Source: an uncultured Prevotellaceae bacterium
GTDB lineage: Bacteria; Bacteroidota; Bacteroidia; Bacteroidales; Bacteroidaceae
Direction of reading: 5' to 3'
NCBI GenBank assembly: GCA_902770845.1
Contig: CACXUV010000003.1
Coordinates: 1,298-65,297, forward strand
DNA length: 64,000 bases
Under the pieces are notes generated by a model that saw only the letters and a list, made by a program, of their open reading frames with translations, did no database searches and was not told where the DNA came from. How positions within the stretch are numbered: the stretch's first letter is position 1; each line of letters opens with the position of its first letter. Positions 20,572 to 31,027 of this stretch are shown here, piece after piece. The translations under genes and the position numbers were made by a program.

Positions 20572-22221
20572 TCACTTCGTGACGCGAATCCAGTCGGCTT
20601 CAACCCAGCCACGGTCGGCCTTGGCATCGGTCTCGGCCGACACGAAGCCAAACTTGGCACCAATCCATTTGCCTTCCTTCATCTGGAACTCAGTTCCGCA
20701 ATCGGTGAATTTCTTGCCATTCATGCTGTAGGCAAAATGCAGTTTGGAGTCGGCCACCGACAGGCGCAAGTAAATATCTTCGTGAATGCCCGGCTTATAC
20801 GTAATCTCGTCTTTCGCCGTGGGCTTCAGAGTGGCAATCACGTCTTCTGTCTGCTGTTTGCCCTTATCGGCTGCCTTGCACGTCATTTGCACCAGTTGGA
20901 ACTCCTCGCCTACCCTCTTCACCACCAGGGCCGAATAGTCGAGTCCCATCATGATGAGACCGCCAAACTGTCCGTCGGCCTTTGAGGTGAAGCGCATCTT
21001 GGCAGTAACCACAAACTGGTCGGCAGGAGTCTTCTGCAGCAGCAGGTTGGGCACTTCCCAGAAGTTCTTCCAACCTTGCGACAACTTATAGGTGTAGATG
21101 CGGAAGGTGCCAAAGGCCGTAGGCATGCCGTATTTTTCGTCGTAGTTGGCGTGCCACTCCCATTGCTTGCCCACCACAGGCGAATTGAACTCGTCGCTTT
21201 CAACGGGATTGACAATAGTGGATGACGATGATTTGGGCTTCTTATAGGTTGTCACAGGCTCGCCCTTCTTGCCCATGACGGGCCAACCCGTAGTCCAGTC
21301 AACAGGCTGAAGATGAACCACACGGCCATAGGCTTCTTTGTCCTGGAAATGCAAGAACCAGTCTTCGCCATACTTAGTGTGCACCCAGCCACCCTGATGA
21401 GGACCGTTCACTGGCGACTTGCCTTGTTCCAGCACAATCTTATGTTCATAGGGGCCAAAGGGGCTCTTGCTGCGCATGGCCAGCTGGAAGCCTGTGGGCA
21501 CACCGCCTGCAGGACACATGATCCAGTACCAGCCATCACGCTTATAGAACTTGGGACCTTCACAGGTGCGGTTCTCGGTTCCGTTGCCATCGAACACAAT
21601 CACTGGCTGACCGATGGGCCGTGTGCCGTCGGCCGAAAGTTCCCGAACCGTGAGCACACTGGCAAACTTGCTGCGCGAGTTGGCCCAACCGTTGACCAGA
21701 TAGCAACGGCCGTCTTCATCCCACAGGGGGGTGGTGTCGATGTAGCCAGTACCTTTGATGACACACACCGGCTTCTCCCACTTACCTGCGGGGTCCTTGG
21801 TCTTCACCATGTAGACACCGAAATCGGGATCGCCCCAATAAATGTAGTATTCGCCGTTGTGATAGCGAATGGAGGGAGCCCACACACCTTCGCCATGACG
21901 AGGGGTCTTGAAGTGCTCGACGAGAACTTCGTCGCCCTCGTAAAGTTCCGTGAGAGCATAGTTTATGATTTCCCAGTTCACCAAATCTTTTGAATGAAGA
22001 ACGGGCAGTCCCGGCACGCACTGGAAACTGGATGCCGTCATGTAGTAGTCTTCGCCACTCGCTCCAACACACACGTCGGGATCGCTGTAGTCGGCATTGA
22101 TTACGGGGTTGGTGTAGGTGCCGTCGCCATTATCTGGACTCCACACTGCAGAACGGTACTGTGCCTGAGCCAGCAGAGCTGACAGCAGCACGGCGGCCAA
22201 AGCCATTTTTCTTTTCATCAT
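20572..22221 (-). CDS. Glycoside hydrolase family 43 with C-terminal beta-sandwich
   Basis: NPVINADYSDPD, WAPSIRYH, IDTTPLWD, EGPKFYK, GPHQGG. Confidence 0.92.
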   Translation of the reverse strand: MMKRKMALAAVLLSALLAQAQYRSAVWSPDNGDGTYTNPVINADYSDPDVCVGASGEDYYMTASSFQCVPGLPVLHSKDLVNWEIINYALTELYEGDEVLVEHFKTPRHGEGVWAPSIRYHNGEYYIYWGDPDFGVYMVKTKDPAGKWEKPVCVIKGTGYIDTTPLWDEDGRCYLVNGWANSRSKFASVLTVRELSADGTRPIGQPVIVFDGNGTENRTCEGPKFYKRDGWYWIMCPAGGVPTGFQLAMRSKSPFGPYEHKIVLEQGKSPVNGPHQGGWVHTKYGEDWFLHFQDKEAYGRVVHLQPVDWTTGWPVMGKKGEPVTTYKKPKSSSSTIVNPVESDEFNSPVVGKQWEWHANYDEKYGMPTAFGTFRIYTYKLSQGWKNFWEVPNLLLQKTPADQFVVTAKMRFTSKADGQFGGLIMMGLDYSALVVKRVGEEFQLVQMTCKAADKGKQQTEDVIATLKPTAKDEITYKPGIHEDIYLRLSVADSKLHFAYSMNGKKFTDCGTEFQMKEGKWIGAKFGFVSAETDAKADRGWVEADWIRVTK

Positions 22222-23321
22222 AGTTTTTGCAAGATTAGTTTATAGTTATTGTCTTCATATTTTATGCGCATCACCCCCGTCACATCATCGTCGCTGGTGG
22301 GGTTGAAAAGGTGTGTCAGCGAAAGGGCTGCATGCCCCATGGTGCGCCGCAAATTGATTTCCACACAGGGATGCAGCAAGAAGCCATCGGCATCGTCGCG
22401 GGCCACAATCATCATGTCGACGCCAAAGGGGCCTTTGTACTTGTCGCGGAAGAGACGCGCCGTTTGCTCACAAATGGCAGATTCGACAAAGTGGGTCAGC
22501 TCTGCTGGCAGAAAAGCCGACAGTTGGTTTTGTTTCCAGTTCTCAGTGGCCAGCACATTGCCCGTATAGGCTCCGTTCATGGTGTGGAAAAGCGACAGTC
22601 CCAAATAGGTGGTGTGGCCAGCCCCATCGGTGCAGAACTCCATACCGAAGTCTTTCACCTTATTATAATATGGCTCAGCCATGACAGCGCCTTGCGCTGC
22701 CACCACATTCTTAATCCAGCCTTCCTGCGAGGATACAGGCGCTTGGGTGGCATGCAAGAAACGAAGTCCGCGACCACTCGACGACCAGGGGGCCTTGAGC
22801 ACCAAGCGCCCATGGCTCTGCAACAGCGAAGAGACGGAAGCCATGTCGGTGCAAAAAAAAGACTGGCCCACCGTGCCATCGACACGCAACTGCGGAAGAA
22901 GACTGGCTGCAAGCTGCCGGTGGGACAGCTGACGAATGGTGGAAAGGGTCTCGTCAGTAGGCAAGGAAGATGGGCTGATGCCGTGACGCAGCAGTAAGGA
23001 TTTTAAGGCAGCATCCCATCCCCACGGTTCAATGAAAGACAAGGAGTCTTTGCGCGCTGCTTGGTTAATTGTATAGACAGAATCTTGAAATGCATGCAAG
23101 CGCGCCCTGGATGCATGTGGCAATCGGGCTGACAGTTTTCCAATACTTTTACGGGCCAACTCGGCATCGTCTGCAAGGATGCCATCGCCCTCACTGGCCC
23201 ACAACACAGGCAAGAAGCCCAGGTCGTGACGCAACTGACGGCCTGCATGCGGTGCCGTAAAATTGGCCAGATTACTGGCCAACGCTATGTCGTGCTCTGG
23301 ATTGAATATGTGGTACGTCAT
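22218..23321 (-). CDS. Conserved hypothetical ATP-grasp-like protein
   Basis: IFNPEHDIALA, VLKAPWSSSGRG, GPFGVDMM, CVEINLRRTMG. Confidence 0.7.
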   Translation of the reverse strand: MTYHIFNPEHDIALASNLANFTAPHAGRQLRHDLGFLPVLWASEGDGILADDAELARKSIGKLSARLPHASRARLHAFQDSVYTINQAARKDSLSFIEPWGWDAALKSLLLRHGISPSSLPTDETLSTIRQLSHRQLAASLLPQLRVDGTVGQSFFCTDMASVSSLLQSHGRLVLKAPWSSSGRGLRFLHATQAPVSSQEGWIKNVVAAQGAVMAEPYYNKVKDFGMEFCTDGAGHTTYLGLSLFHTMNGAYTGNVLATENWKQNQLSAFLPAELTHFVESAICEQTARLFRDKYKGPFGVDMMIVARDDADGFLLHPCVEINLRRTMGHAALSLTHLFNPTSDDDVTGVMRIKYEDNNYKLILQKL

Positions 23322-23394
23322 GTAGTATTTTTGCGCAAAGGTACAAATTTTTCCTTATATCGCAAAGAATCAACACATTATCTTGCACTTCTTG

Positions 23395-25779
23395 CTATGA
23401 AATGAAGAGACGCCCCACCTGATAGACCAAAGCCGATGCTGCCCATGCCACGATGGTGGTATAGACAGCAGCAAAGAGAGCCCAGCGCCAACTGCGCGTC
23501 TCGTTCTTGATGGCCGCAATGGTGGCAATGCAGGGGAAATAGAGCAGAATGAAAATAAGATAGGCATAGGCCACCAACGGGGTGATACCATCTTGCAACA
23601 TGAGTGCTCTGAGGCGGGTGTACTTCTGACTGTCTTCGCTGAAGCTGTCGTCGTCGACAAACGAGTCGTCGCCCGAATAGAGTACGCCCACGGTCGAAGC
23701 CACAATCTCCTTGGCTCCCACACCGGCAATGAGACTCACGTCGAGCTTCCAGTTGAAGCCCTGCGCGCTGAACAGCGGTTCTGCTGCTTTGCCAATGCGC
23801 CCTATGTAAGACTGCTCCTGTTGCTGCTGAACAGAAAGCGACTCGTCGTGAGGAAAATACTCCAGCGCCCACACCAGAACGGAGGCCACCAGGATGATGC
23901 CACCCATTTTCTTCAAGTACTCCTTTCCTTTCTCCCACGTGTGGCGGCCAATAGCCTTGGGCGTGGGCCAGCGATAAGGTGGCAGTTCCATCACAAACGG
24001 TGTGTCTTCGCCCTTGATGACAAAAGCCGAAAACACCTTGCTCACCAACACTGCCATGAAGATGCCCAGGACGTAGAGCGACAGCATGACCCACGACCGA
24101 TACTGCATGGCGAAGAAGGTGCCCGTGATCATGACATAGATGGGAAGACGGGCCGAACACGACATGAACGGAATGATCATCATTGTGATGAGACGCGAAC
24201 GCCGGCTCTCAATGGTTCGCGTGGCCATGATGGCTGGCACGTTGCAGCCAAAGCCCATGATGAGGGGAATGAACGATTTTCCGTGCAGCCCCATGCGGTG
24301 CATCAGCCGGTCCATGATGAAGGCAGCCCGAGCCATGTAGCCAGAATCCTCCATGAGCGAGATGAAGAAATAGAGAATCAATATCTGGGGCAGAAACACG
24401 ATGACGGCTCCAACGCCAGCGATGGCACCGTCGACAAGGAGCGAACGCAGGGGGCCGTCAGGAAGAATGCTTCCCACCATGTTGCCCAGCCACTCCACGC
24501 CTGCTTCAATCCAGTCCATGGGATACTGGCCCACGCTGAACGTGGTCTGGAACATGACGAACAGCACCAGAAAGAAAATGGGAAAGCCCAAATACTTATG
24601 AGACAACACACCATCAATGAGGTGGGTGGTGTAGTAGGTGTCGTTTTTCTTTCCCCTGTGATAGTTGGCCTCCGTCAAAGCACCGTTAATGAAACCATAT
24701 TTTGCATCCATCACTGCCGTTTCGGCATCGGTCTTCGTTTCTTCCTCCAAGCGCTTGGCGGCATGATTGCGAACCTCGAAAATATCGTCCGAGGCAATGT
24801 GCTGCCTCACATAGTCTTCTATATGGCTGTCGCCCTCCAGCATCTTGATGGCCAAATAGCGCGTGGAATATGCCAGTCGCACATTCTCGTCGGCCTTCAG
24901 ATACTTCTGAATGTCGGAAATGCCCTTTTCCAGTTCATGCCCGTAATTGATGTGAATGTGGCGCGCATGCCTGTTGGTGTGCTCATACACCTGTATGACG
25001 GCACGGAACAGTTCCTTGATGCCCATTCCTTTTTTAAAAGATGTGGGCACGAAAGGCATGCCAAACAGGGTGCTCAGCGTGTCGCGATCCACCTGGTCGC
25101 CACGCCGCTCATACTCATCATACATATTCAGGGCAGCCACCATGGAGAAATTCATGTCGATGAGCTGGGTCGTGAGGTACAGATTACGCTCCAGGTTGCT
25201 TGCATCTATCACATTGATAACCACGTCGGGCACCTGCTTTGTCAGGTAATTGCGCACATAGAGTTCTTCCGGCGAATAGCAGGAGAGCGAATAGGTGCCA
25301 GGCAGGTCTATCAGATTGAACTCATAGCCGAACATCGAGACATGGGCAATTGAGGCATCGACCGTCACGCCCGAATAGTTGCCCACATGGCCATGAGCAC
25401 CCGAGGCATAGTTGAAGAGCGATGTCTTTCCGCAATTGGGATTGCCCACAAGCGCCACATTGATGGTGCGGCGTTTCTCCAGCGCCACATGCTGCAAGTA
25501 GTCTTCATGATGAGCAACAGGCTGCGACACATAGGCCGTCTGCTCAATGGGCATGGCGGCCGACACCACCTCAATCATTTCGGCCTCCTGATGTCTGAGC
25601 GACACTTCGTAGCCCATGAGCTTGTATTTCACCGGATCGCGCAACGGGGCATTCAACAGCACCTCAATGGTCTTTCCTTTCACAAACCCCATTTCAATGA
25701 TGCGCTTGCGAAATCCACCATGGCCCAGCACTTTTACAATCACGCCTTTCTCACCAGTCTTCAATTCTGATAGCTTCAT
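23395..25779 (-). CDS. feoB: Ferrous iron transporter FeoB with N-terminal FeoA domain
   Basis: FeoA-like N-terminus (RKRIIEMG, APLRDP), GNPNCGKT, DLPGTYS, GFGCNVPA, PFVMELPPY. Confidence 0.96.
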   Translation of the reverse strand: MKLSELKTGEKGVIVKVLGHGGFRKRIIEMGFVKGKTIEVLLNAPLRDPVKYKLMGYEVSLRHQEAEMIEVVSAAMPIEQTAYVSQPVAHHEDYLQHVALEKRRTINVALVGNPNCGKTSLFNYASGAHGHVGNYSGVTVDASIAHVSMFGYEFNLIDLPGTYSLSCYSPEELYVRNYLTKQVPDVVINVIDASNLERNLYLTTQLIDMNFSMVAALNMYDEYERRGDQVDRDTLSTLFGMPFVPTSFKKGMGIKELFRAVIQVYEHTNRHARHIHINYGHELEKGISDIQKYLKADENVRLAYSTRYLAIKMLEGDSHIEDYVRQHIASDDIFEVRNHAAKRLEEETKTDAETAVMDAKYGFINGALTEANYHRGKKNDTYYTTHLIDGVLSHKYLGFPIFFLVLFVMFQTTFSVGQYPMDWIEAGVEWLGNMVGSILPDGPLRSLLVDGAIAGVGAVIVFLPQILILYFFISLMEDSGYMARAAFIMDRLMHRMGLHGKSFIPLIMGFGCNVPAIMATRTIESRRSRLITMMIIPFMSCSARLPIYVMITGTFFAMQYRSWVMLSLYVLGIFMAVLVSKVFSAFVIKGEDTPFVMELPPYRWPTPKAIGRHTWEKGKEYLKKMGGIILVASVLVWALEYFPHDESLSVQQQQEQSYIGRIGKAAEPLFSAQGFNWKLDVSLIAGVGAKEIVASTVGVLYSGDDSFVDDDSFSEDSQKYTRLRALMLQDGITPLVAYAYLIFILLYFPCIATIAAIKNETRSWRWALFAAVYTTIVAWAASALVYQVGRLFIS

Positions 25780-25985
25780 ACCTGTGTGTGTATAATGAGT
25801 ATTAACGATTGCAAAATTACGATTTTTTCATGAAATATGCACTTTTTACGCACATGTTTTTCGAGATTACCTAAAAATAAGGATGGTATTGCCACGATGC
25901 AGAGGCCACAAAAAGGATGAAAAACTTGGCTCAATCGGAAAAAAGCACTAACTTTGCGCCCAGAAACCCCAAAACAACATTCAAT

Positions 25986-27377
25986 ATGTTTAGTAAAGAA
26001 ACTTATGTTCGCCGACGCCAGGAACTCAAGAAACTGGTGGGCGAAGGCTTGATTCTGTTTTTCGGAAACAACGAGGCTCCGGCCAACTATCCTGCCAACT
26101 CTTATGCTCCCATGCGCCAGGACTCTTCGTTCCTGTACTACTTTGGACAACATCGCGACGGACTGATAGGCATCATCGACGTAGACAACAACACCGAAAT
26201 GCTCCTGGGCGATGACATCGACATTGAAGACATTGTGTGGATGGGCTTTGTGCCGTCGGTGGCCGATCTGGCTGCCGAAGTGGGTATTGAGAAAACTGCC
26301 CCCATGCACGAACTGCGCAACCTATGCAACGAAGCTCTGCGCCAGCACCGCACCATCCATTTCCTGCCCCCCTATCGACATGACATCAAAATCATGATCA
26401 TGGACTTGCTGGGCATTCATCCCAACCAGCAAAAAGAAGCAGCCTCACTGCAGCTGATCAAGGCCGTAGTTAAGATGCGCTCCACCAAGGAACCACAGGA
26501 AATTGAAGCCATTGAACAGGCCTGCAACGTGGGCTATGAGATGCACACCACGGCACAGCGACTGATAAAGCCAGGCGTGACCGAGCGATTCGTGGGCGGA
26601 CAAGTCGATGGTGTTGCCCGTTCGTTGGCCCAAGGCGTCTCGTTTGCCACCATCTTCAGCCAGCATGGCGAAATCATGCACGGCAACCCGTCCGACGCAT
26701 TGTTGGAGGCTGGACGACTGGCCCTGTGCGATGCTGGTTGCGAACTCAACGACTACTGCTCCGACAACACCCGAACAATGCCCGTGAACGGTAAGTTCAG
26801 CCAGAAACAACTTGAAATCTACTCGATTGTCGAGGCTTGTCACGACTATGTATTAGAAGTGGCAAAGCCCGGAGTGAAATATGCCGACGTACACTTTGCC
26901 GTGTGCCGCTTGATGACCGACCGTCTGAAGGAACTGGGACTTATGAAGGGCGACACCGAAGAGGCTGTACGGGCTGGTGCCCATGCCATGTTCCTGCCTC
27001 ACGGACTGGGTCACATGATGGGAATGGACGTACACGACATGGAAGGGCTGGGACAAATCTACGTGGGATTCGACGAAGAGACACGCCCCAACCTGGAGCA
27101 GTTTGGCACCAACTGCCTGCGCATGGGCCGCAGACTACAAGAAGGTTTCGTTGTAACCGATGAGCCTGGCATCTACTTCATCCCACACCTCATCGACCTG
27201 TGGCGTAATGAAAAACACTGTGCCGAGTTCCTGAACTTCGACCTTTTGGAACAATACAAGGACTTTGGTGGCATTCGCATCGAAGACGATCTGCTCATCA
27301 CTGCCGACGGTTGTCGCTTCATGGGCTCCAAACGCATACCCTACCATCCTGCAGAACTTGAAAGTTTTATGGAATAA
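25986..27377 (+). CDS. pepP: Xaa-Pro aminopeptidase (M24B)
   Basis: RQDSSFLYYFG, DAG...SDNTRT, HGLGHMMGMDVHD, TDEPGIYF, GGIRIED; ATG at 25986 after TAACTTTG. Confidence 0.92.
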   Translation: MFSKETYVRRRQELKKLVGEGLILFFGNNEAPANYPANSYAPMRQDSSFLYYFGQHRDGLIGIIDVDNNTEMLLGDDIDIEDIVWMGFVPSVADLAAEVGIEKTAPMHELRNLCNEALRQHRTIHFLPPYRHDIKIMIMDLLGIHPNQQKEAASLQLIKAVVKMRSTKEPQEIEAIEQACNVGYEMHTTAQRLIKPGVTERFVGGQVDGVARSLAQGVSFATIFSQHGEIMHGNPSDALLEAGRLALCDAGCELNDYCSDNTRTMPVNGKFSQKQLEIYSIVEACHDYVLEVAKPGVKYADVHFAVCRLMTDRLKELGLMKGDTEEAVRAGAHAMFLPHGLGHMMGMDVHDMEGLGQIYVGFDEETRPNLEQFGTNCLRMGRRLQEGFVVTDEPGIYFIPHLIDLWRNEKHCAEFLNFDLLEQYKDFGGIRIEDDLLITADGCRFMGSKRIPYHPAELESFME

Positions 27378-27378
27378 A

Positions 27379-27420
27379 GAAATTCCCCGTAACTCAGCAA
27401 TGGTTGCGGGGATTTTTCTT
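27379..27420 (+). terminator. Intrinsic terminator after pepP
   Basis: tccccgtaac ... gttgcgggga followed by a T-run. Confidence 0.7.
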
Positions 27421-27597
27421 GTTCTGATTCTTTCTGTTTCAACTACAGTCCTTTCAAAAAACGAACAATTGTTCATTTCTTCCACAAAAAAAATTAAAAT
27501 ATAGGTCATTACAGGTTTTTAATTAAAATATTGCACAAAAAATTTGCGGATGTGCAGAAAAGAAATTACCTTTGCACAAAATTTTGAAAATTGTGCA

Positions 27598-29253
27598 ATG
27601 AAAACTGGTTCAAGTTTCAACCAATATATACAACGAACAATCTTGCAAAACTGGGATGCTGATGCCTTGACCGACTATGAAGGCGCCACGCTCCAGTTTC
27701 ACGATGTGGCACGCAAAATTGAAAAGCTACACATTCTGTTCGAAAACAGCGACGTGGCCAAAGGCGACAAAATTGCAATCTGTGGCCGAAACTCTGCTCA
27801 CTGGGCTGTGGTTTTCCTGGCCACGCTGACTTATGGGGCCGTGGCAGTGCCCATACTGCATGAGTTCAATGCCGAGTCTATTCACAACATCGTGAACCAC
27901 TCTGAAGCCAAACTGCTGTTTGTGGGCGATTTCATTGCCAAGGAAATTTCACCCGAAGCCATGCCACATCTGGAAGGCATCGTCAACATTCCCGACTTTT
28001 CGCTCATGCTGAGCCGAACGGATAAACTGGACTATGCCCGCGAACACCTGAACCAATTGTTCGGTTCAAAATTCCCAATGGCCTTCAGAAAAGAGCATGT
28101 GAGCTATCATGAAGACCAGCCAGACGAACTGGCACTCATCAACTATACCAGTGGCACAACGGGCTTTTCAAAAGGAGTGATGCTTCCCTACCGCGCCTTG
28201 TGGGGCAACGTTGAGTTCTGCATAAACCGACTGGGAGCCCACGTAAGACCTGGCTCGCCCATGCTCGACATTCTGCCCATGGCCCACATGTATGGCATGG
28301 CCATCGAGTTTCTCTTCGGCTTCTGCAATGGCTGCCACCTGTTTTTCCTCAACCGTCTGCCATCGCCCGCCATCATTGCCAAGGCATTTGCCGACATCAG
28401 ACCGGCCATCATCATCTCGGTGCCATTGATCATCGAGAAAATAATCCGCAAAAAAGTATTCCCCATCATACAGAGCAACCGCATGAAGCTGCTGCTGGCA
28501 ATGCCTATGATTTCAAAAAAGGTGAAAGAAAAGATTTGCCAACAGGTATATGAGGCTTTTGGTGGCCGTGCCTACGAAATTATTGTGGGAGGTGCTGCAC
28601 TATCAAAAGAAGTGGAGCAGTTTCTGTTGTCCATTGGATTCCCACTGACCGTGGGTTATGGAGCGACAGAATGTGCACCACTGATTACGTATAACGACTG
28701 GAAAGAGCATGTGGCTGGCTCGTGCGGAAAGCCCGTTGACAACATGGAGGTACGCATTGACAGCAATAGCCCAGCCAACATTCCTGGAGAGATTATGACC
28801 CGTGGCACCCACGTGATGCTGGGCTACTACAAGAATGAGGAGGCCACAAAGCAGGTTCTTGACAAAGAAGGATGGTATCACACAGGCGACCTGGGAACAA
28901 TAGACGCACAGCGCAACGTGTTTATTCGCGGTCGCATCAAAAACATGCTCCTAGGTGCAAGCGGACAGAACGTATATCCCGAGGAGATTGAAGACAAACT
29001 GAACTCGATGCCCATGGTGAGCGAAAGTGTGGTGATACAGCAAGGCGAAAAGCTCATAGCACTGGTCCACCCTGATCAGGACGACCAAATGGCATTCAGT
29101 CGCGAAGAACTGGGAAGCATCATGGAGCAGAACCGCAAAGACTTGAACCTGCAGTTGCCTCACTACAGCCGTCTGGCTGCCATCAGGCTACATGATGAAG
29201 AGTTTCAAAAAACCCCTAAAAAGAGTATTAAAAGATATCTTTACCAAGAATAA
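27598..29253 (+). CDS. Long-chain fatty-acid-CoA ligase, paralog 1
   Basis: YTSGTTGFSKGV, GYGATE, WYHTGDLG, YPEEIE. Confidence 0.9.
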   Translation: MKTGSSFNQYIQRTILQNWDADALTDYEGATLQFHDVARKIEKLHILFENSDVAKGDKIAICGRNSAHWAVVFLATLTYGAVAVPILHEFNAESIHNIVNHSEAKLLFVGDFIAKEISPEAMPHLEGIVNIPDFSLMLSRTDKLDYAREHLNQLFGSKFPMAFRKEHVSYHEDQPDELALINYTSGTTGFSKGVMLPYRALWGNVEFCINRLGAHVRPGSPMLDILPMAHMYGMAIEFLFGFCNGCHLFFLNRLPSPAIIAKAFADIRPAIIISVPLIIEKIIRKKVFPIIQSNRMKLLLAMPMISKKVKEKICQQVYEAFGGRAYEIIVGGAALSKEVEQFLLSIGFPLTVGYGATECAPLITYNDWKEHVAGSCGKPVDNMEVRIDSNSPANIPGEIMTRGTHVMLGYYKNEEATKQVLDKEGWYHTGDLGTIDAQRNVFIRGRIKNMLLGASGQNVYPEEIEDKLNSMPMVSESVVIQQGEKLIALVHPDQDDQMAFSREELGSIMEQNRKDLNLQLPHYSRLAAIRLHDEEFQKTPKKSIKRYLYQE

Positions 29254-29258
29254 TTGCT

Positions 29259-30920
29259 ATGGAAACAATACCAAGCTTTAACGAGCTTATCGAAAAAAGC
29301 ATCGTTCAAAACTGGAACCTAGATGCGCTGACCGACTATAAGGGACAGACACTGCAGTTTCATGATGTGGCACGAAAAATAGAAAAGCTGCACATACTGT
29401 TCGAGAACTCTGGCATCCAGAAGGGCGACAAGATTGCCCTGTGCGGACGAAACAGCAGTCAATGGGCCGCAGCCTTCCTGGCCACGCTCACCTATGGCGC
29501 CATTGCCGTACCCATCCTGCATGAGTTCATGCCCGAACAAATTCACAACATCGTAAACCACAGCGATGCTCGCCTGCTGTTCGTGGGCGACCATGTGGCC
29601 ACCATCATCGATGCACAGCAAATGCCACATCTGGAAGGCATCATCAACAACGTAGACTATTCGCTCATGGTGAGCCGTACCGACAAACTGACTTACGCTC
29701 GTGAGCACCTGAACGAACTCTACGGAAAGAAATTTCCCAAGTTCTTCCGCAAGGAACACGTGAGCTACTACCACGAACAAAGCCCCGACGAAATGGCGCT
29801 GATCAACTACACCAGCGGCACCACAGGCTTCTCAAAAGGTGTGATGATTCCCTACAGGGCACTGTGGTCGAACTATGATTTTGCTGAACACGTACTAGGC
29901 AAAACCATCAAGACGGGAGACAACGTGATTAGCATTCTGCCCATGGCCCACATGTATGGCATGGCTTTCGAATTCATCTTCGAGTTCCTGCATGGCTGCC
30001 ACACCTACTATCTGAACCGCATTCCCTCGCCAGCCATCATCGCCCAAGCCTTTGCCGACGTGAAGCCAAAGATTATCATTGCCGTGCCACTGGTTATTGA
30101 GAAGATCATTCGCAAGAAGGTATTTCCAAAGATTCAGAACAACCGCATGCGCCTGCTGCTGCAGATGCCGGTTATTTCGAAGAAGGTGCGCGAAATGATA
30201 TGCAAGGAAGTGCTGAAGGCCTTTGGCGACAACACGTACGAAATCATTATTGGTGGTGCTGCTTTCAATCAGGAAGTGGAGCAGTTCCTCAAGCGCATCT
30301 CATTTCCTTACACCGTGGGCTATGGTGCCACTGAGTGTGCCCCCATCATCTGCTATGCCGACTGGCATGAGTTTGCGCCAGGCTCATGCGGACGTGCCGC
30401 CCTGCACATGCAGGTGAAGATAGACTCTCCTGATCCTGAGAACGAACCAGGCGAGATTCTGGCACGCGGTCCCAACGTGATGCTGGGCTACTACAAGAAC
30501 GAAGAGGCCACCCGACAGACCATCGACAAGAACGGCTGGTATCATACTGGCGACCTGGGCACCATGGATGGCGATGGCAATGTCTACATCAACGGACGTT
30601 CCAAAAACATGCTTCTGGGAGCCAACGGACAGAACATCTATCCTGAAGAGATTGAAGACAAACTGAACTCAATGGCTATGGTCATGGAGAGCATCGTGGT
30701 GCAACGCGACACAAAACTGGTGGCACTGGTGCATCCAGACCTGGACGAGGCCAAGAGCATGAATTTCTCGAACAAGGACCTGCAAGACATCATGGAGCAG
30801 AACCGAAACAGCCTGAACCAAATGCTGCCTGCTTACGAGAAAATATCTGAAATAGAGATTCACGAGGATGAGTTCGAGAAGACTCCCAAGAAGAGCATCA
30901 AGCGCTATCTCTATCACTAA
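29259..30920 (+). CDS. Long-chain fatty-acid-CoA ligase, paralog 2
   Basis: Same AMP-binding motifs; clearly homologous to the upstream gene. Confidence 0.9.
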   Translation: METIPSFNELIEKSIVQNWNLDALTDYKGQTLQFHDVARKIEKLHILFENSGIQKGDKIALCGRNSSQWAAAFLATLTYGAIAVPILHEFMPEQIHNIVNHSDARLLFVGDHVATIIDAQQMPHLEGIINNVDYSLMVSRTDKLTYAREHLNELYGKKFPKFFRKEHVSYYHEQSPDEMALINYTSGTTGFSKGVMIPYRALWSNYDFAEHVLGKTIKTGDNVISILPMAHMYGMAFEFIFEFLHGCHTYYLNRIPSPAIIAQAFADVKPKIIIAVPLVIEKIIRKKVFPKIQNNRMRLLLQMPVISKKVREMICKEVLKAFGDNTYEIIIGGAAFNQEVEQFLKRISFPYTVGYGATECAPIICYADWHEFAPGSCGRAALHMQVKIDSPDPENEPGEILARGPNVMLGYYKNEEATRQTIDKNGWYHTGDLGTMDGDGNVYINGRSKNMLLGANGQNIYPEEIEDKLNSMAMVMESIVVQRDTKLVALVHPDLDEAKSMNFSNKDLQDIMEQNRNSLNQMLPAYEKISEIEIHEDEFEKTPKKSIKRYLYH

Positions 30921-30957
30921 ATCCCCCAAAAACATTGTCCTGCCTTACAAGCTACAG

Positions 30958-30999
30958 AAAGAAGGAGTCGAGACCTGCGGGTCTCGACTCCTTCTTTTA
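30958..30999. terminator. Bidirectional intrinsic terminator
   Basis: aagaaggagtcgagacc-tgcg-ggtctcgactccttctttt. Confidence 0.88.
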
Positions 31000-31027
31000 T
31001 ATGATAAGCCGACAAAATTCTGTGGCA

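Noticed and set aside
23395-25779. FeoA-FeoB fusion as a novelty
   Set aside because: This fusion is common in Bacteroidetes.
27598-30920. Tandem acyl-CoA ligases as a recent duplication
   Set aside because: They are well diverged, and such a pair is a usual Bacteroidales arrangement.
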